From Bigelowiella natans CCMP2755 (taxonomy: Eukaryota; Protista; Cercozoa): DNA of 55,451 bases. Both the position numbers and the translations under genes were made by a program. Location of the stretch: NCBI GenBank assembly GCA_000320545.1, contig ADNK01002570.1:1-55451 (forward strand). The letters run 5' to 3'. The first letter of the stretch is position 1. Each line of letters begins with the position of its first letter. The notes beneath the pieces were generated by a model that was not told where the DNA came from, did not search any database, and worked only from the letters and a program-made list of their open reading frames with translations. Shown here in pieces: positions 1 through 13,737 of this stretch.

Positions 1-211
1 AGAAAAAAAAAGGGTTGGGGTTTCCCTCGCAATTCCCCTTTTTGGTGGGGTTGGGAACCCCCCCCAAGGGGGGGGGGGGGGGGGGGGGTTTTTTGGTTTT
101 GGTTATGTTTTTTGTCACCCCCCCCTTTTTTTTTCCCCTCTCCCCCTTTTAAAATCCCCCCCCCTTTTCCCCCCCCCCCCCCCCCCCCCCCCCCCCTCTC
201 CTCTCCCTCAG

Positions 212-2075
212 AATGATTGGACTGGGCCCGAAGCTCTTCTTATCGGACGTCTACAACCATTTGGACATGGTGCTGGTCCCCGTTGCTCTGATCGCGGAGA
301 TATTCTATTACTCTAGTTCGGGGGGCAGGGTGGAAGAGCTGCAATGGGTCCTAGCGTTCCGGACGATGAGGGTCTTTCGTATCTCCAAGCTGATGACCTC
401 TCTCCGGGGCCTTCGCGTGCTGCAAAACGTCATCGCCCAAACGGTCCACGACGTGTGGAGCATCCTCATCATCACCATCATCGTGCTCTTCATGCTCTCC
501 ATCCTCGGCGTGCAGCTGTTCGGTGGCAGCTTCTCACGGGTGGATGAGGAGACGCGCTGGAGCTTCGCCGACACCTACCAGGCGTTCTTGGTGGTGTTCA
601 TGTGCATTACGGGGGACTCCTGGCCCGACGCCTCCGCACAGGCGATGTCGGTCACGAACAACTGGGCGCCGCTGTACTTCTGCCTGGTCATCGTCTTCGG
701 GGACATGATCGTGATGAACCTCTTCATCGCCGTGCTCCTGCAGGGCTTCGACATCGAGGACGGGGGACTGATGGAGCTCGAGGACTTCACCGAGATCGCC
801 CGGGACGCGTTCGTCTCCTCCGACGAGATGTCCAAGGTCTCGGAGGACGAGAACCCCTTCGGCGAGAACACCCTTCTCCTCGTCGCGAGCATCGACGCCC
901 ACATCAAGGAGCGCGAGAAGGAGGTCAAAAAGTCCGCCGAGGCCGCGCAGGAGCTGGTCAACACGCGCGTCATGGCGCAGAAGCTCTCCATAACGTTGCG
1001 CTCGAGGCCGAACGAGAACTTTTGGCTGCGCGCCGTCGCGTGCACGGTCGTCACCTCGTCGCTGTACCGCAACATGATGCTCTTCATCGTGCTGGTGGAC
1101 TGCGTGGTGATAGCAATGCGCGTGTCGATGGACAAAGAGAGCGTAGCCCTGCTGGCTCTTCACATCGTCTTCCTGCTCTTCTATTCGCTCGAGACGGTGC
1201 TCAAGTTTATCGCTTACCGGAAGAAGTTCTTCAAGCACTGGGACTACGTTCTGGACGCCCTGCTGGTCGTGGTGGGCCTGTTCCACTTCGGCTTTCCGGA
1301 CGCCGACGCCATCAGCTTCCTCTATGCCTTCCGCCCCCTCCGAGTGCTGACGCGCACCGCCAGCACGAAGGTCATCTTGGAGAGCACCTTCTCGGTGATG
1401 CCAAAGATCTACAGCACGCTGTTCATGCTCTTCATCCTTCTTTTCTCCTTTGCCGTGTTCTTTGTGGCGGTCTTCAAGGGCTCGTTCTTCGTCTGCTCGG
1501 ACGATGCCTACAGTGACGAGGACGCGTGCGTCGCCGCGGGGAACTCCTGGCAGCGCATCCACTTCGCGCGCAACTTCGACAACGTGGCCAACGCTCTCGT
1601 CACGCTCTTCCAGGTCTCCACTCTGACCACCTGGAACGAGGTCATGTACGACTGCATCGACGCGGTGGGGCCGGGCAAGGCGCCCAGGAAGAACAACCAG
1701 CCTGTCTGGGGGATTGTGTTCTTCATCTTCGTGATGCTCTCGGCCTTCATAGGGTTTAACATATTCGTGGGCGTGCTGGTGAGCGAGTTCAAGGACCAGA
1801 TGATACTCCGCGGGGGCACGGCGCTGCTGACGAAAGGCCAGAGGGGCTGGCTCAACGCACAAAAGTGAGAGGAGGAGTAGTGTCAGAACTCAATGCTTGC
1901 GTGCGTGCAGATTTCTTTTTGTGCGTGGTGGCATGTATTTGCGGAGAAGGATCGTTGTATGGGGTATTGTGCGGAACGCTTTTTGTTGCTCCCAGTGCGT
2001 CGCAACGCAACGCAATGCAACGCAATGCACGGCAAGCATGGTTTTGGAGAAGTGAGAGAAAGAGGGAGAAAGAGA

Positions 2076-2123
<48 letters not shown>

Positions 2124-2945
2124 GGGTGCGATTTTGATATTTTGGTTGTATCCTGAATTTGATCTCATCATCCCTGACATTGGCTACTACTACTACTACT
2201 ACTACTACTACCGTCCATCTTCCTACTCCTTATCATCACCATATCCTCATATCCATTGCCATCATCATCGTCGTCGTCCTCCTCCTCATCATCATACCAC
2301 CACTGCAACTACTTATTCCTACTCCTACATGATCATCATCGTCCTCATCATCATCAGGTACATCCTGCACCTCATGGAGCTCCCGATCCAGCTGCCCGGG
2401 GTGCCTGATAAGTGGTACCGCCGCGGCCCCTTCTACATCGTCGGCCAGCCGACCGACAACCACCACCCCTTCAACTACTTCATCATGGTGATGGTCATGC
2501 TCAACGCCTTGTTCCTGTGCCTGATCTGGTACGAGATGCCGCCGATGGTTGAATACGTCGTGTTCGTCGCCAACCTCCTCATCTTCACCGTGGTCTTCAC
2601 GCTCGAGATGGTGCTGAAGATTTCGGCATGGAGCCTGAAGGTCTACCTGCGCGACCCGTGGAACCGCTTCGATGGGACGATCGTGCTCCTGTCCATCATC
2701 GGGCTCGCGGTGGCGGAGCTCAATTCCGTGGCGCTCGTGTTCCGGACGCTGCGCGTGTTCCGACTGTTCATGCTGGTGAGGAAGATGCCGATCCTCTCGC
2801 AGTTCTCCCAGGTCTTCGTCCTGTCCCTCCCTGCCATCTTCCAGGCCCTGTCGGTCGTCTTCATCATCGTCTTCATCTTTGCGGTTGCAGCCACCATCCT
2901 GTTCAAAAAGGTTTGCGTGCTTCTTTCACGAGCATGAGGAGGAGG

Positions 2946-2983
<38 letters not shown>

Positions 2984-3114
2984 GAAGGGAGGGGGGGGAA
3001 GGGATTTTCAACTTGCCAATGTCTAGTGATGGCGTGAAAGTTAACTGAAGTGCGACGCTCATTATCATTAAACAACACTTTCATAAAACAACAGACGCAA
3101 AGAACAGCACACAC

Positions 3115-3155
<41 letters not shown>

Positions 3156-3456
3156 TGCAACACACGTGCACGCACTCACAGGTGGCGTTCTGGGACGGCG
3201 GCCTCTCCATCCGCGCCAACTTTCAAAACTTTCCCAACTCGATGCTCTCGCTCTTCCGCGTGGCGGTAGGCGACGCGTGGGAGGAGCTCATGTGAGTAGT
3301 AGCTGCTACCATTTACTCTATTCCACAAACAACCTATTTTCGATGATTTGATGATGATATTATGCCGATGACCGGTTGGTTGGTGGAAAAGGTACGGATG
3401 TATGATTACTGAGGAGACGGGAGTCTGTGAAGAGGAGAAAGGTGAGCTGCTGCTGC

Positions 3457-3492
<36 letters not shown>

Positions 3493-4240
3493 GCGGTTAC
3501 CGAGGCTTGAGGATGATAGATAGAAAATGCAGAGGGTCAGGATAGAATACACGAAACACGAGGAATGGCGGTGGGAGCAACTACTACTAGAAGTGATGAT
3601 GATTGATGATGAAGATGATGGTGATGATGGTGTTGATCGCAGCGACTAACACCGATGTATTTTGTTCCGAATGATTTGCGGAACGATCGATCGTTCATAA
3701 ATAGGCACGTGCGGGTTCTGGTGGGCGTCGATATTCTTCATCGTATACGTCATCTTGGTGCAGATTATGCTCATCGGTCACGACAACATGCTTGTCCATC
3801 TTTTCCATCTACGCACTCGGCCCACAATCGACACCACCATCATCAGCAGCATCCTCACGATGACCGAAACCCCCCCCCCCAACACACACGTCCCCGCTAA
3901 GTACGTCTCATCACCATCACCATCACCATCACCATCACCATCATCATCATCATCATCATCATCATCATTCAGGCCTGACCCTCGCTGTGATGATGGACGC
4001 CTTCGACAAGTATAACGAGCGCGACCGCGTGTACAACACGCTGATTAAGTGGAGGGAGCTTTGGACCAAGTACGATCCCAAGGGCTATGGCATCCTGCCC
4101 CCCTCGCGGGTCATGAGCATCATCCGCGCCGCGCCGAAACCGCTCGGGTTCAACAACGAACCGATGACGACGAGGCAGATCGTGGCCGCCCTTAAGGCGT
4201 TTGATTGTAGACTGGAGAAAGTCAAGCTCTCGAAGAAACG

Positions 4241-4273
<33 letters not shown>

Positions 4274-4409
4274 AGAGTAAGAGTAAGAGGAGGAGGAGGA
4301 GGAGGAGGAGGAGTGTCGTTACCAAATACCTACACACAAGTGATGACGATGATGGTTGATACTTGGCTGGGAAGCACACACACGCACACATTCAAACATT
4401 CACGTACTG

Positions 4410-4471
<62 letters not shown>

Positions 4472-4853
4472 CGCACCAACTAATCAGATACTTGAAGCTC
4501 TACAACGGAAAACCTCCCCGGCGGTTCCAAAGGGAGATCAGCAAACATCGCAAGCTGAGCCAAAGGCAAAGCATGCTGGGAGTCCTCTGGGATGATCGCT
4601 CCACTGCTTCAGAGATGCATGGGCATGGAGGGGAAGGGGGAGGAGGAGGAGGAGGAGGAGAGGGGAAAAAGTGGAGAACTATCGGCGCCGAAGGGAAAAA
4701 CCTTTCGCGTCAAGAACGAAGGAGGTGTGATGATGAAGATGATGAAGATGGTGGTGGGGGTGATGATGATGAGGAGGTGGATGAGCGCGGTATTATAGAG
4801 AAACAATGTGTATCATTGGTGGCGGTGGTGGAGACCATGACCATATGGACTGT

Positions 4854-4925
<72 letters not shown>

Positions 4926-4946
4926 CTATATTTATCTGATAGAATG

Positions 4947-4981
<35 letters not shown>

Positions 4982-5161
4982 CCTTTGCATTGTGTTTGCA
5001 ATCTGTCAGCACGGACGTTCCCCAAGGAGAGTCCAGCCCTCCCGCCATCGAGCGGACAAACACCTGCAAACGGCCTAAGCAAAGTACGTCTTCTCCACGT
5101 TATGATATTGCCCCCCCCCCCCCGCCCCTCCCCTCCCATAATCGAGGAGGGGGAGAGCCAC

Positions 5162-5197
<36 letters not shown>

Positions 5198-6229
5198 TAT
5201 ATTATATTATATTTATCTCTCTCGCCTCCACCATCTTTCTGCTTCTTCCCTACAGGTTGGCCTGGTGATGTGGTACAGCGCGAACAAGATAGCCGACCGT
5301 TTCTATCGTTTCCTGGAGAAATCTGGCCGCCTTGGCAATACAGCTAAACACCAGGTCAATTGCCACGGTAAAGGGGGAGAATTCAAAATCCAATAGATCA
5401 TATACAACCTCACATTGCAAATCCCCCCCTCCCCCCCCCCCCCTTTTTTCGTCAAAAATATCTGTCTCATATATGTGTCTCTCTTCGATGCTCTCTTCTT
5501 CTGATGATACTCCTTGCCATACCTGCCAACATAATACCCCCCCTCCCCCCCCCCAGGGGGCGGTATACGACCGCAGGTGGAGCACATTGATGCGTAAGCA
5601 AAAAAGGGGGCGGCGGCGACAGCAAGCAGCCGATTACAGCCATAGCGGAGGAAGGGGGGAGGGGCGAAGGCAAGCAGCCCATTGCTGCTGCTGAAGAGAA
5701 CGACGGGGAGGAGGCAAATCGAGCTCTCTGCCGTGCGGAAATGGTCAATAGAGCATCAACCATTGAAAACGTGAGAATCGGCCGTCTTTCCCCCACGCAA
5801 ACGCCACCAGCCGGCACCCGCACCATTTCTCCAGCAGCAGCAGCGGTGCCGCCAACGCCCGCATCGGCGTCGGGGAGGCCTCTGAGCGACGAGAAGTTTC
5901 TGGTGGCTCGGGCCTCATCGTCGTTGTCACGCGGTCCGACCACTACTGTTGGAACGAGCCTACAGAGTCTGCAGGAAATGCCGTCCGCCAGCGGCGCCGA
6001 GAACCCGCTCTCTGCGCCAGCAGGTAATGTATTAATGAGAATGGTGGGAAAGATGGTGGGGGTGAGGATGAGGATGATGATGATGATGATGACGATGATC
6101 TCATGGTCCGTTCTGTTGCTTTCAGCGCAAGATTCGGCCAGGCCAGTGCCCAGAGAAACAACTGCGAACGAGGGCTCGCGTTACAGCAGCGATGCAATTG
6201 ATAGTACAAAGGATGCAGTCAATGTATGA
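212..6229 (+). CDS. Four-domain voltage-gated Ca/Na-type channel alpha subunit, 5'-truncated (repeats II-IV plus C-tail), multi-exon
   Basis: In-frame GT-AG exons 212-1864, 2358-2910, 3182-3291, 3392-3441, 3705-3776, 3973-4240, 4488-..; later exons uncertain, ending at 6229. S4 segments FRTMRVFRISK, FRPLRVLTR, FRTLRVFRLF. Pore loops ITGDSW, STLTTW, AVGDAW. S6 MNLFIAVLL and FNIFVGVLV. III-IV linker LLTKGQRGWL. EF-hand-like WTKYDPKGYG..PKPLGF. Confidence 0.93.
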
Positions 6230-7182
6230 TGCCTGAAAAAGTCAAAACTTGGGTGTTATTGCTCTATATTCATGGGCGTGAGTAAGGATTACATATTCGT
6301 AGAAATCATTGGACTTATTTTGATGCATTAAAGAGCATGACGATGGCTCCTTGTGATGTCACGCCTACTTTTTACAGTGCTAATAACCAACTTTTGGTAC
6401 CTGAATATATATCCTGTACATTATATATGCTTGTGATTCTAACCTGAATGATGATGCATATTGTCTCTCCGCTAGCTACTTGACCGGCGTATGAAAGAAA
6501 TAACACACATGCTGTTTGCATATAAGCATTTGCACAATTACTTTAAAGTTGCAACGCCGTCTGCGAAGTATATATACTAGCATAATACACGTGCGCTGCT
6601 GGTGTATTGCTGTGTCAATTATGCTGCAGCAAATGCGATGTACACATACACTGCATATAAAAGTCGACTAATAATCGAGTCAACCGTGATGTAAGATAGC
6701 AAAGTGTTCGTAAAATATCACAACTTGTCTACTACAGTAGCTAAGTAGACAGTGCTAGCTAGAGTGTTCATTCTCTTGTTATGGCTAGCTAGCTAGATGG
6801 CACGAAACGTACGCACCACTACGCCCACGTACATTCAGCATCAAACGCAAAGCACGTACTAGCTAGCTAGAGCAGTCACTAGCTACTACTAGCTAGACTA
6901 GACATGCACATTGTAATTGACGTTTTCTAATTCCCGCCGCGCGGTGCTCTGATACCCTCAGCGCTCAATGTACATAGCAAAAGCAGCGCCCTATCGATCG
7001 TAGGATTACGGTCAAAATGCGTGCCTGCTGCCACGATAAGTACTGGAGTGATACCACATATTCGTCCTTATATAGCCAAAGAGGCCTAATACATCCACGT
7101 TTTTGCTCCTACTCGTGTCTTCCTATCGCCATCTAGGCACACTATTCAAGCCCATGCGGTGACGTGATTCAATCGCGAATTT

Positions 7183-7812
7183 TCAACTTTCCAAAACGAT
7201 CTTGGGCTTGACTCGGCCGCTGGTCTGTTTTCGTTGTTCTTCTAAGGGCGGCCGCTTCACCTTTCGAAACGCTTCACCCCAGACGCCCGAGCCGCGGCAA
7301 TAGCCAGTGTCTGTATCTTTGCAAAGGGCCTCGCACCCGTCTGGATGCCTGTGAGGCACGATCACCTGCGCGTAGCACACCAGAGCCAAGACTTAGAGGA
7401 AACGCACGATTGGGAATCCTCCTGGAAGCGAATTCGAGTGAGAAAGAGGGAGAGAGCGTGTGTGCTGGTTCTTCGCTCTAAATGAACAGCCTGACCTACC
7501 TCTTTGTAGATTTTCACTATTGCTTTGGCCAGGCGGCTTCTGAGAGCCTTGTCCTTCACGAATGCCTATAATCAGGAGACAAAGAAAAGCAAGAGAGACG
7601 GGGGGCGAAAGGGGGAGGGGGGAGAGGTGTTTGAGACCACCACAGATTCTTCGCAATTTAAATTGAAACGGTGCGTGATAGTGATTGGTTGAATACCTCG
7701 CGCATTATGCCTGTCATCTCAAGCTATGATGCAGTCCGTCCAACGAACAAAAAAAGAGAACAAGTAACCACGCATACAACCACAAACAGAAAAGCACACA
7801 CGCGCACGCATC

Positions 7813-7854
<42 letters not shown>

Positions 7855-8208
7855 CAGAGAGAGCGAGAGGACGCAAAGAAGATGAAGAGGGGAAAAGAGA
7901 AACCAAAAAAAGGAAGAAGATAGATAGAGGGCGAGGGGGAGAGGGTGGGAGGGTGGCAAGAAGCACCTGAAGAGCAGGAATCTTGTAGCGCACGCACTGC
8001 TCACTGATCGTGTGTCTATCTTTACTAGGCCTCCAGTAGCCGCTCAAGCTGATAAATAGTAGTAACGCATGAAAGAAGCACGGCGCAATGACTGACAAGT
8101 GTATACGGGCATCCAGGGTAGCAGCAAGGGGTGGAAATGTTGGAAAACGAGAAGGAAGATATTGGGCAGTCGCTCGTCGCAGTGTATTACCAATAGCAGC
8201 AGCAGACC

Positions 8209-8242
<34 letters not shown>

Positions 8243-8244
8243 TA

Positions 8245-8282
<38 letters not shown>

Positions 8283-8381
8283 CTACGCCGCAAGACTACT
8301 GTGGATTTAGCGTGAATCTGAACTCAGTTCCCTCGAATACCTTCCCCTCAAGCTCTTCCTCTAGGCTCTGCAGTAGTAGTT

Positions 8382-8418
<37 letters not shown>

Positions 8419-8571
8419 ACGACAGACGCGTCAGATAGGGCAGATGATGATGGCGACGATGATGATAGTGATGATAATGATAGTGATAATGATGATGATG
8501 ATGATGATGATGATAGAGAATCACTACGTACAAATTACATCAAAACAAACCGTCAGCATTCGTGTTTCAGC

Positions 8572-8610
<39 letters not shown>

Positions 8611-8637
8611 ATCCTCTCTTGAAGCCCAAACCCATCA

Positions 8638-8672
<35 letters not shown>

Positions 8673-9973
8673 GCTTTCAAACGATATATGAAAGCCTGAT
8701 CTCTCTCTGATCTCCATAGCCGTAGCATCGGCGCCAGGCCTACATCGAGCCGGGACTTTCTCTCCTAGATGAATGAGTAGAGAGAGGCGCTTGATAATCT
8801 TCGGTATGATACCCCCCCCCCCCCCCCCCTCACAATTCATGATGGCTCCCGCAATTTGATGATGCGTAGCCTCGGACCACCCCCTGCGCGCGCGCTACCG
8901 TTTTCGGGTTCTCCTTGCCGTGGAGATCGATGTTCAAGCAGATCTTGTTGGAGAGAAGAGAAGATAAGATAAGACGGGAAGGAGAATATATTAGTGTGCT
9001 CTTTGACTACCCATGCCCGCTTTCATCGAAACTGCACAGCACAATGGCCGCTTTGGATCCCATATCTCCCAACCCCCTCTCTTCCTTACGTGGTCCGTGA
9101 ACGCCCGTGCGTGCTTTCGGATTGCTGCATTCCAGTGATTGCCCTTGAACTCCTCTATTTGTCGTACAATGCGTGCATTTTTATGAAACGAAGAGGAACG
9201 AGGGAAACCATAGTGCGCGGAGGCTGAGAGAATTCAGCTGGTCGATACCATGGTAGCGCCATCGTGCTTTCATAGATCACGCCTCTTGTATAGTCAACAC
9301 GTGTGCGGTTTGGTGCATTTTGCTCCCTTCCCATCCTCCCTCCCCCCCCATTGCGGCCTCTCATGCGCTCTCTCACTGCTGCCATGATCTATCCTGTTCA
9401 GAGGCGATTACTCATCTGAAGGTAGTTGGGGTCTTTATTGCATCGCTCTGGAATGCCTCCTGGTTTTATGCGCTGGTGGGGAATGGGGTGTAGTTGCAGT
9501 GGAGACAACGAACGAGTGCTTAAACGAAGATCGCGGGATGATAAAGAAGATAGAATAATTCATCATGCGCGCGAGCCAATTGCGTTATTGAGGAAATGAG
9601 AGAAAGACTGCTTGATCTTCTTGAACACCCTAGATCTAATATACAGATGTGAAAGGCTACAGCATAGCGCAAATAAAAAATGTAGGTCATTTTTCAGCTC
9701 GATGTCGCTGTATGTTTCGCCGACATGCATTTCTTACGATGGTATTCCATGTAATCGAACTTGCGAGCTCGCATCCAATCTCCTGTGGGAGAAGTGACAA
9801 TCAGTATGTATGGCACTACAGCAAATATCTTGTTCATTCATTACTTCACGGAGAAGGTTAGCAATCTCGGTTGTATACCTGTGATGGGAAAAAAACCGAA
9901 AGCAAGTCAGTTGGGTGCGAGGATCGTAGTCACGTGATGGGGTCCCTACATTTCTCGCACGTGCATTTCGCAC
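7183..9973 (-). CDS. Hypothetical multi-exon protein; exon structure and ends uncertain
   Basis: Short AG..GT-bounded open segments between microsatellite introns (e.g. AFVKDKALRSRLAKAIVKIYKE, ICLNIDLHGKENPKT, EFKGNHWNAAIRKHARAF). No recognised domain. Confidence 0.4.
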
Positions 9974-10176
9974 CCCGCTCTGTACAAGTTGATACCGTGG
10001 GGAGCTGTGAATAGGATCGGTCCTGAAACGGTAATCAAATTAGTTATCGGCTCGCGACTACTTTGCGCCATGGACAATTCCTTCCCTCACTCGCTCTGCA
10101 GTTTACACGTACCGCCCCGCCTGGATACAATTCGATGGCCATGAAAGAAGTCGAGCGAGAAATCTAATTTTGGTTC

Positions 10177-10285
<109 letters not shown>

Positions 10286-10960
10286 AGAGAGGATAGAACG
10301 GGTGACGAGCAATTTGAATGTGACATGCACCTTTGCGGACGGGTTTTCGAGTCGAGTGAGGACCCGATTCGCTCATCGAAGAGGACGACGTTTCCAAAGG
10401 GGATTCAACAAGAGCAGGAGTGTGCTTGCTCGGTTGCCTTTTCTTCTGGAGGCTACTCACCCTGCTAGCTCCCGTGGGAGGGGAGGGGGGCGTCGAGCAG
10501 TTCCCTTGCATGCGAGTGGTATCTGGGGGAAAGCTCGGAACCTCGTGAAATAATTTGAAAATATAGGCGATTTTATCACGGAGACAATCCTGGTTATCTG
10601 TAAAATTCTAGAAAATGAGAAAAAACCCGAACAAAACCCAGTCGCTCGCGGGAATGCGTTTTGGTTTTGGCCAAAGCCGATTGATGTTGTCGCATTAATT
10701 TGGAAGAGATTCTTAGGATTCAGGGAAAAGAGAGCTTGTCGCATGTAAAAAAAGCCCTTCGTTCTTACGATCAAACTTGAGTTTGCTGAGAAATGGACGC
10801 ACTCGCACAATGGCTCGGGGCACACAACGCCTTCTGCTGATAACAAAAACACCAACACACAAAAGCACACGATAGAAAGTGACCAGCTTGTGGCATCCGT
10901 GTCGCAAGGGTGTAGTCGTCCGCTAGCCTCTAATAATTGTCTTTTATTCCTTTTTTGTAA

Positions 10961-13690
10961 GCCGTGTTCGGGGATGAAACTGATGACTTCGACGTAAGCG
11001 AAGAGCTGCTCGACCCAGGTGAAACGTGGGGGGGGTCACAACAGAGATACGAGGAAGGCCTGGGAAGAGGGAAGCTTGGGTGAAATTCAGATGTACATGT
11101 ACTAGCGCTGCACGAGAAAATTATCTGCACCGTCCTTCTCGCTTCTCACAACTTTCTGGTGCACCCCCTTTTATTACGACAGAAACCCGTATGTTATACG
11201 AGAGAGTTAGACAGGACCCACGAGTAAAGGAACTCCATCGCGAAGCGATTAAAGCGATGGCAAGTGCCTCAACAGCGGCCACCAACACCAGTCGACCACT
11301 TCTGCAAAAAAGACTGAAGAAGGGCAGGGAAAAAATGCGGAGGCCACAAGAAAGCGGATTATTCAACACGGGCGACGTCACTGATATCACAGGAAGCTTA
11401 TACAGCGGCGATGACGACAACGCCGTGCTATCCTCAAATGCTGACATCACAGACAACACGGACCGGCTACTATATGGCAATTCCAAAAGCCGCACCTTCA
11501 ACGTAGGAAGAAAACAATGGAGCAACTACCCGCCATCCTTCACGATTTCAAGATTTGATAAACGATCTTATTTAGGGAATTTTTGAGAGGGGGAAACATA
11601 TATAACCCCAGTTGTTAATCTTCGTCAGGCTCTACGCACACAATTGGCGCAATCCGAGAGGAAGCTAAATATGAGCGGAGATTCTGCCACTAATAGTACT
11701 CACAAACCCCGCCCCAGGCGTTCATCCAGTCCTCGAATTGTCGACAAACGAGAAAAGCGACATACTAGCGGAACAAGAAGTTTTACGGGGTGTGAGAAGA
11801 GGAGAGCGCGCATGCTCCTTTCTCCCCCCTTCTTACCCTGTTTTTTGGCTGTGCTTTAGGTCGGACTCCGATGAATCCTCAAATGTCTTGACGGACGAAG
11901 GGCTGACAGGTATAGCAGCGGGAGGGGGGGGAGGAGGAAAACGGAGGAGGAAAATGGAGGAGGAAGGAGGCGGAGAACAAGACAAAGATGAAGACATAAC
12001 GGCAAAAATGAATTTATGCATGCATATCGCCTGTTTGGTGACCGAGAATATATGTGAATCTTAAACTAAAGATTGGACGGGCGATAGCGAAACTGTTGTG
12101 GACTTTGAGTTCTTCGATCCCAATAAAACCCTCGGTCCTGAGTGCCTCTACAACCACACACACACACACACGCACACGCACACGCACACAAATACACAAT
12201 CACTCACTTGTCACAATCCCGACGTATTAAAAGGCTCTTGAGCCCGCGTTTAAATGGTTATTATTCTCCCTCTCCCTCTCTCTTTCCTCTCTTTTCCTAT
12301 ATGCACAAATAGATCTCAACAACGTCGCAACACTACTTGAGCAGTATGCGACTGCAGGCTGGTAATCATGCTACTTTACCTCTCTCGTAGAATGCCCCGA
12401 TCTTACAATCCTCTCCCCCTCTCGCTCCCCCCTTCCTCTTCTGGTGGTCAGGCCCAACAGCGAAACCGGTGTCGGTGTTTCCTTTGACTATATGAACATG
12501 GCCACTGCTATCATCAACCAGTCGGAATTCAATTTTGAATCGGTGATCTACTACCTTCATGCAGCAGTGCACTGCTACTTCTTCTGACGACGGGTTGGGA
12601 GGAGAAAGGGAGGAGGGGAGTGAGTGCGAGGTTTTTGATCGTCCTGGTTGACACATGCACCCACGTCGTTATCTATGCTGTCAGGGAGTTGGCCGTGTAG
12701 GAACTGTCATCAAGGGGATGAGCGACTGGAAAGCCGAGAATGGCTCCTCAGCCACCGGGCTTGTAGGTAATAGTTGCAGCAGTCAGTCATTCATTGGTGA
12801 TAGCTGTGACTTGACCCGGGGCGGGAGGGCAGATTGAAGCATTCTGAAGATGATGCTATCTTCGATGAGAATTGCAATTAGTGATAGACATACACCGTCG
12901 AGTAGCCTGTGTGTGTGTGTGTGGGTGGGTGGGTGGGTAGACCAACGCATGGTTTCTTCTTTCCTTTTGAGTAGGCTTTGTGAGCATGGTCAATCTCATC
13001 CGTTACAAGAACACTCTCTGGGCGAGGTCGAGTTAAGTGAAAATGATAAGATGTTTCACACACACACACACATGTGTGTGTGTGTGTGTGTATGTGCGTG
13101 CGTGCGTGTGTGTGTGTGTGCGTGTATGCGTATTTGTGTGTGAGTTTGTGCTCATTATGAAGAATCGGGTTCAGAGTCGTCAAATAGCCAAACAACACAC
13201 ACGCACACACACGCACACATACAAATATCACCAAAGAAAGCATCAGTCTTATCTTAATGCTTCCATATGAACTAAGCGACCACCCCGTCCTGTGCATGTC
13301 TGCTGCAGGCAATTGAGGGAGTATTTCCTGGCGGCAACCGAGGGCATTCAAGGTGATAATACACTATCATCGCTGAGAAAGCAGCTCTCATTTACTAATC
13401 GCGTGGACGCCGCTGCGTTTACCTTTATGCTACGTCTGTAAGATGCGGATTTGAAGTCACACAATCTTGGAGGACGTCTAAGACTGAAGAGGGTAGTATT
13501 GCGGCTATCATCCATCATCATCTTTTATCATCATCATCATCTTCTTCATCATCATCATCATCGCTTCCATCTTGATATTCTGGCTCCTTTGTTCCGCAAC
13601 GTTTGCCATGGAAATTGTCACTCTGCACAGGCACTGAATAGCGATCGGGCGCTGTTATTGATCTTGGAGAGGTGTACTTTCGTCTATATT

Positions 13691-13737
<47 letters not shown>

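Noticed and set aside
1-200. Long G, C, T and A homopolymer runs (G-quadruplex-like)
   Set aside because: Looks like low-quality sequence within an intron at the window edge.
534-1862. 442-aa antisense ORF and other overlapping ORFs
   Set aside because: Shadow frames of a GC3-rich channel exon; no domain features.
7671-8840. ORFs with CVCV, YIYI, SLSL, ERER or poly-H/S/M runs, here and throughout
   Set aside because: Translations of intronic microsatellites.
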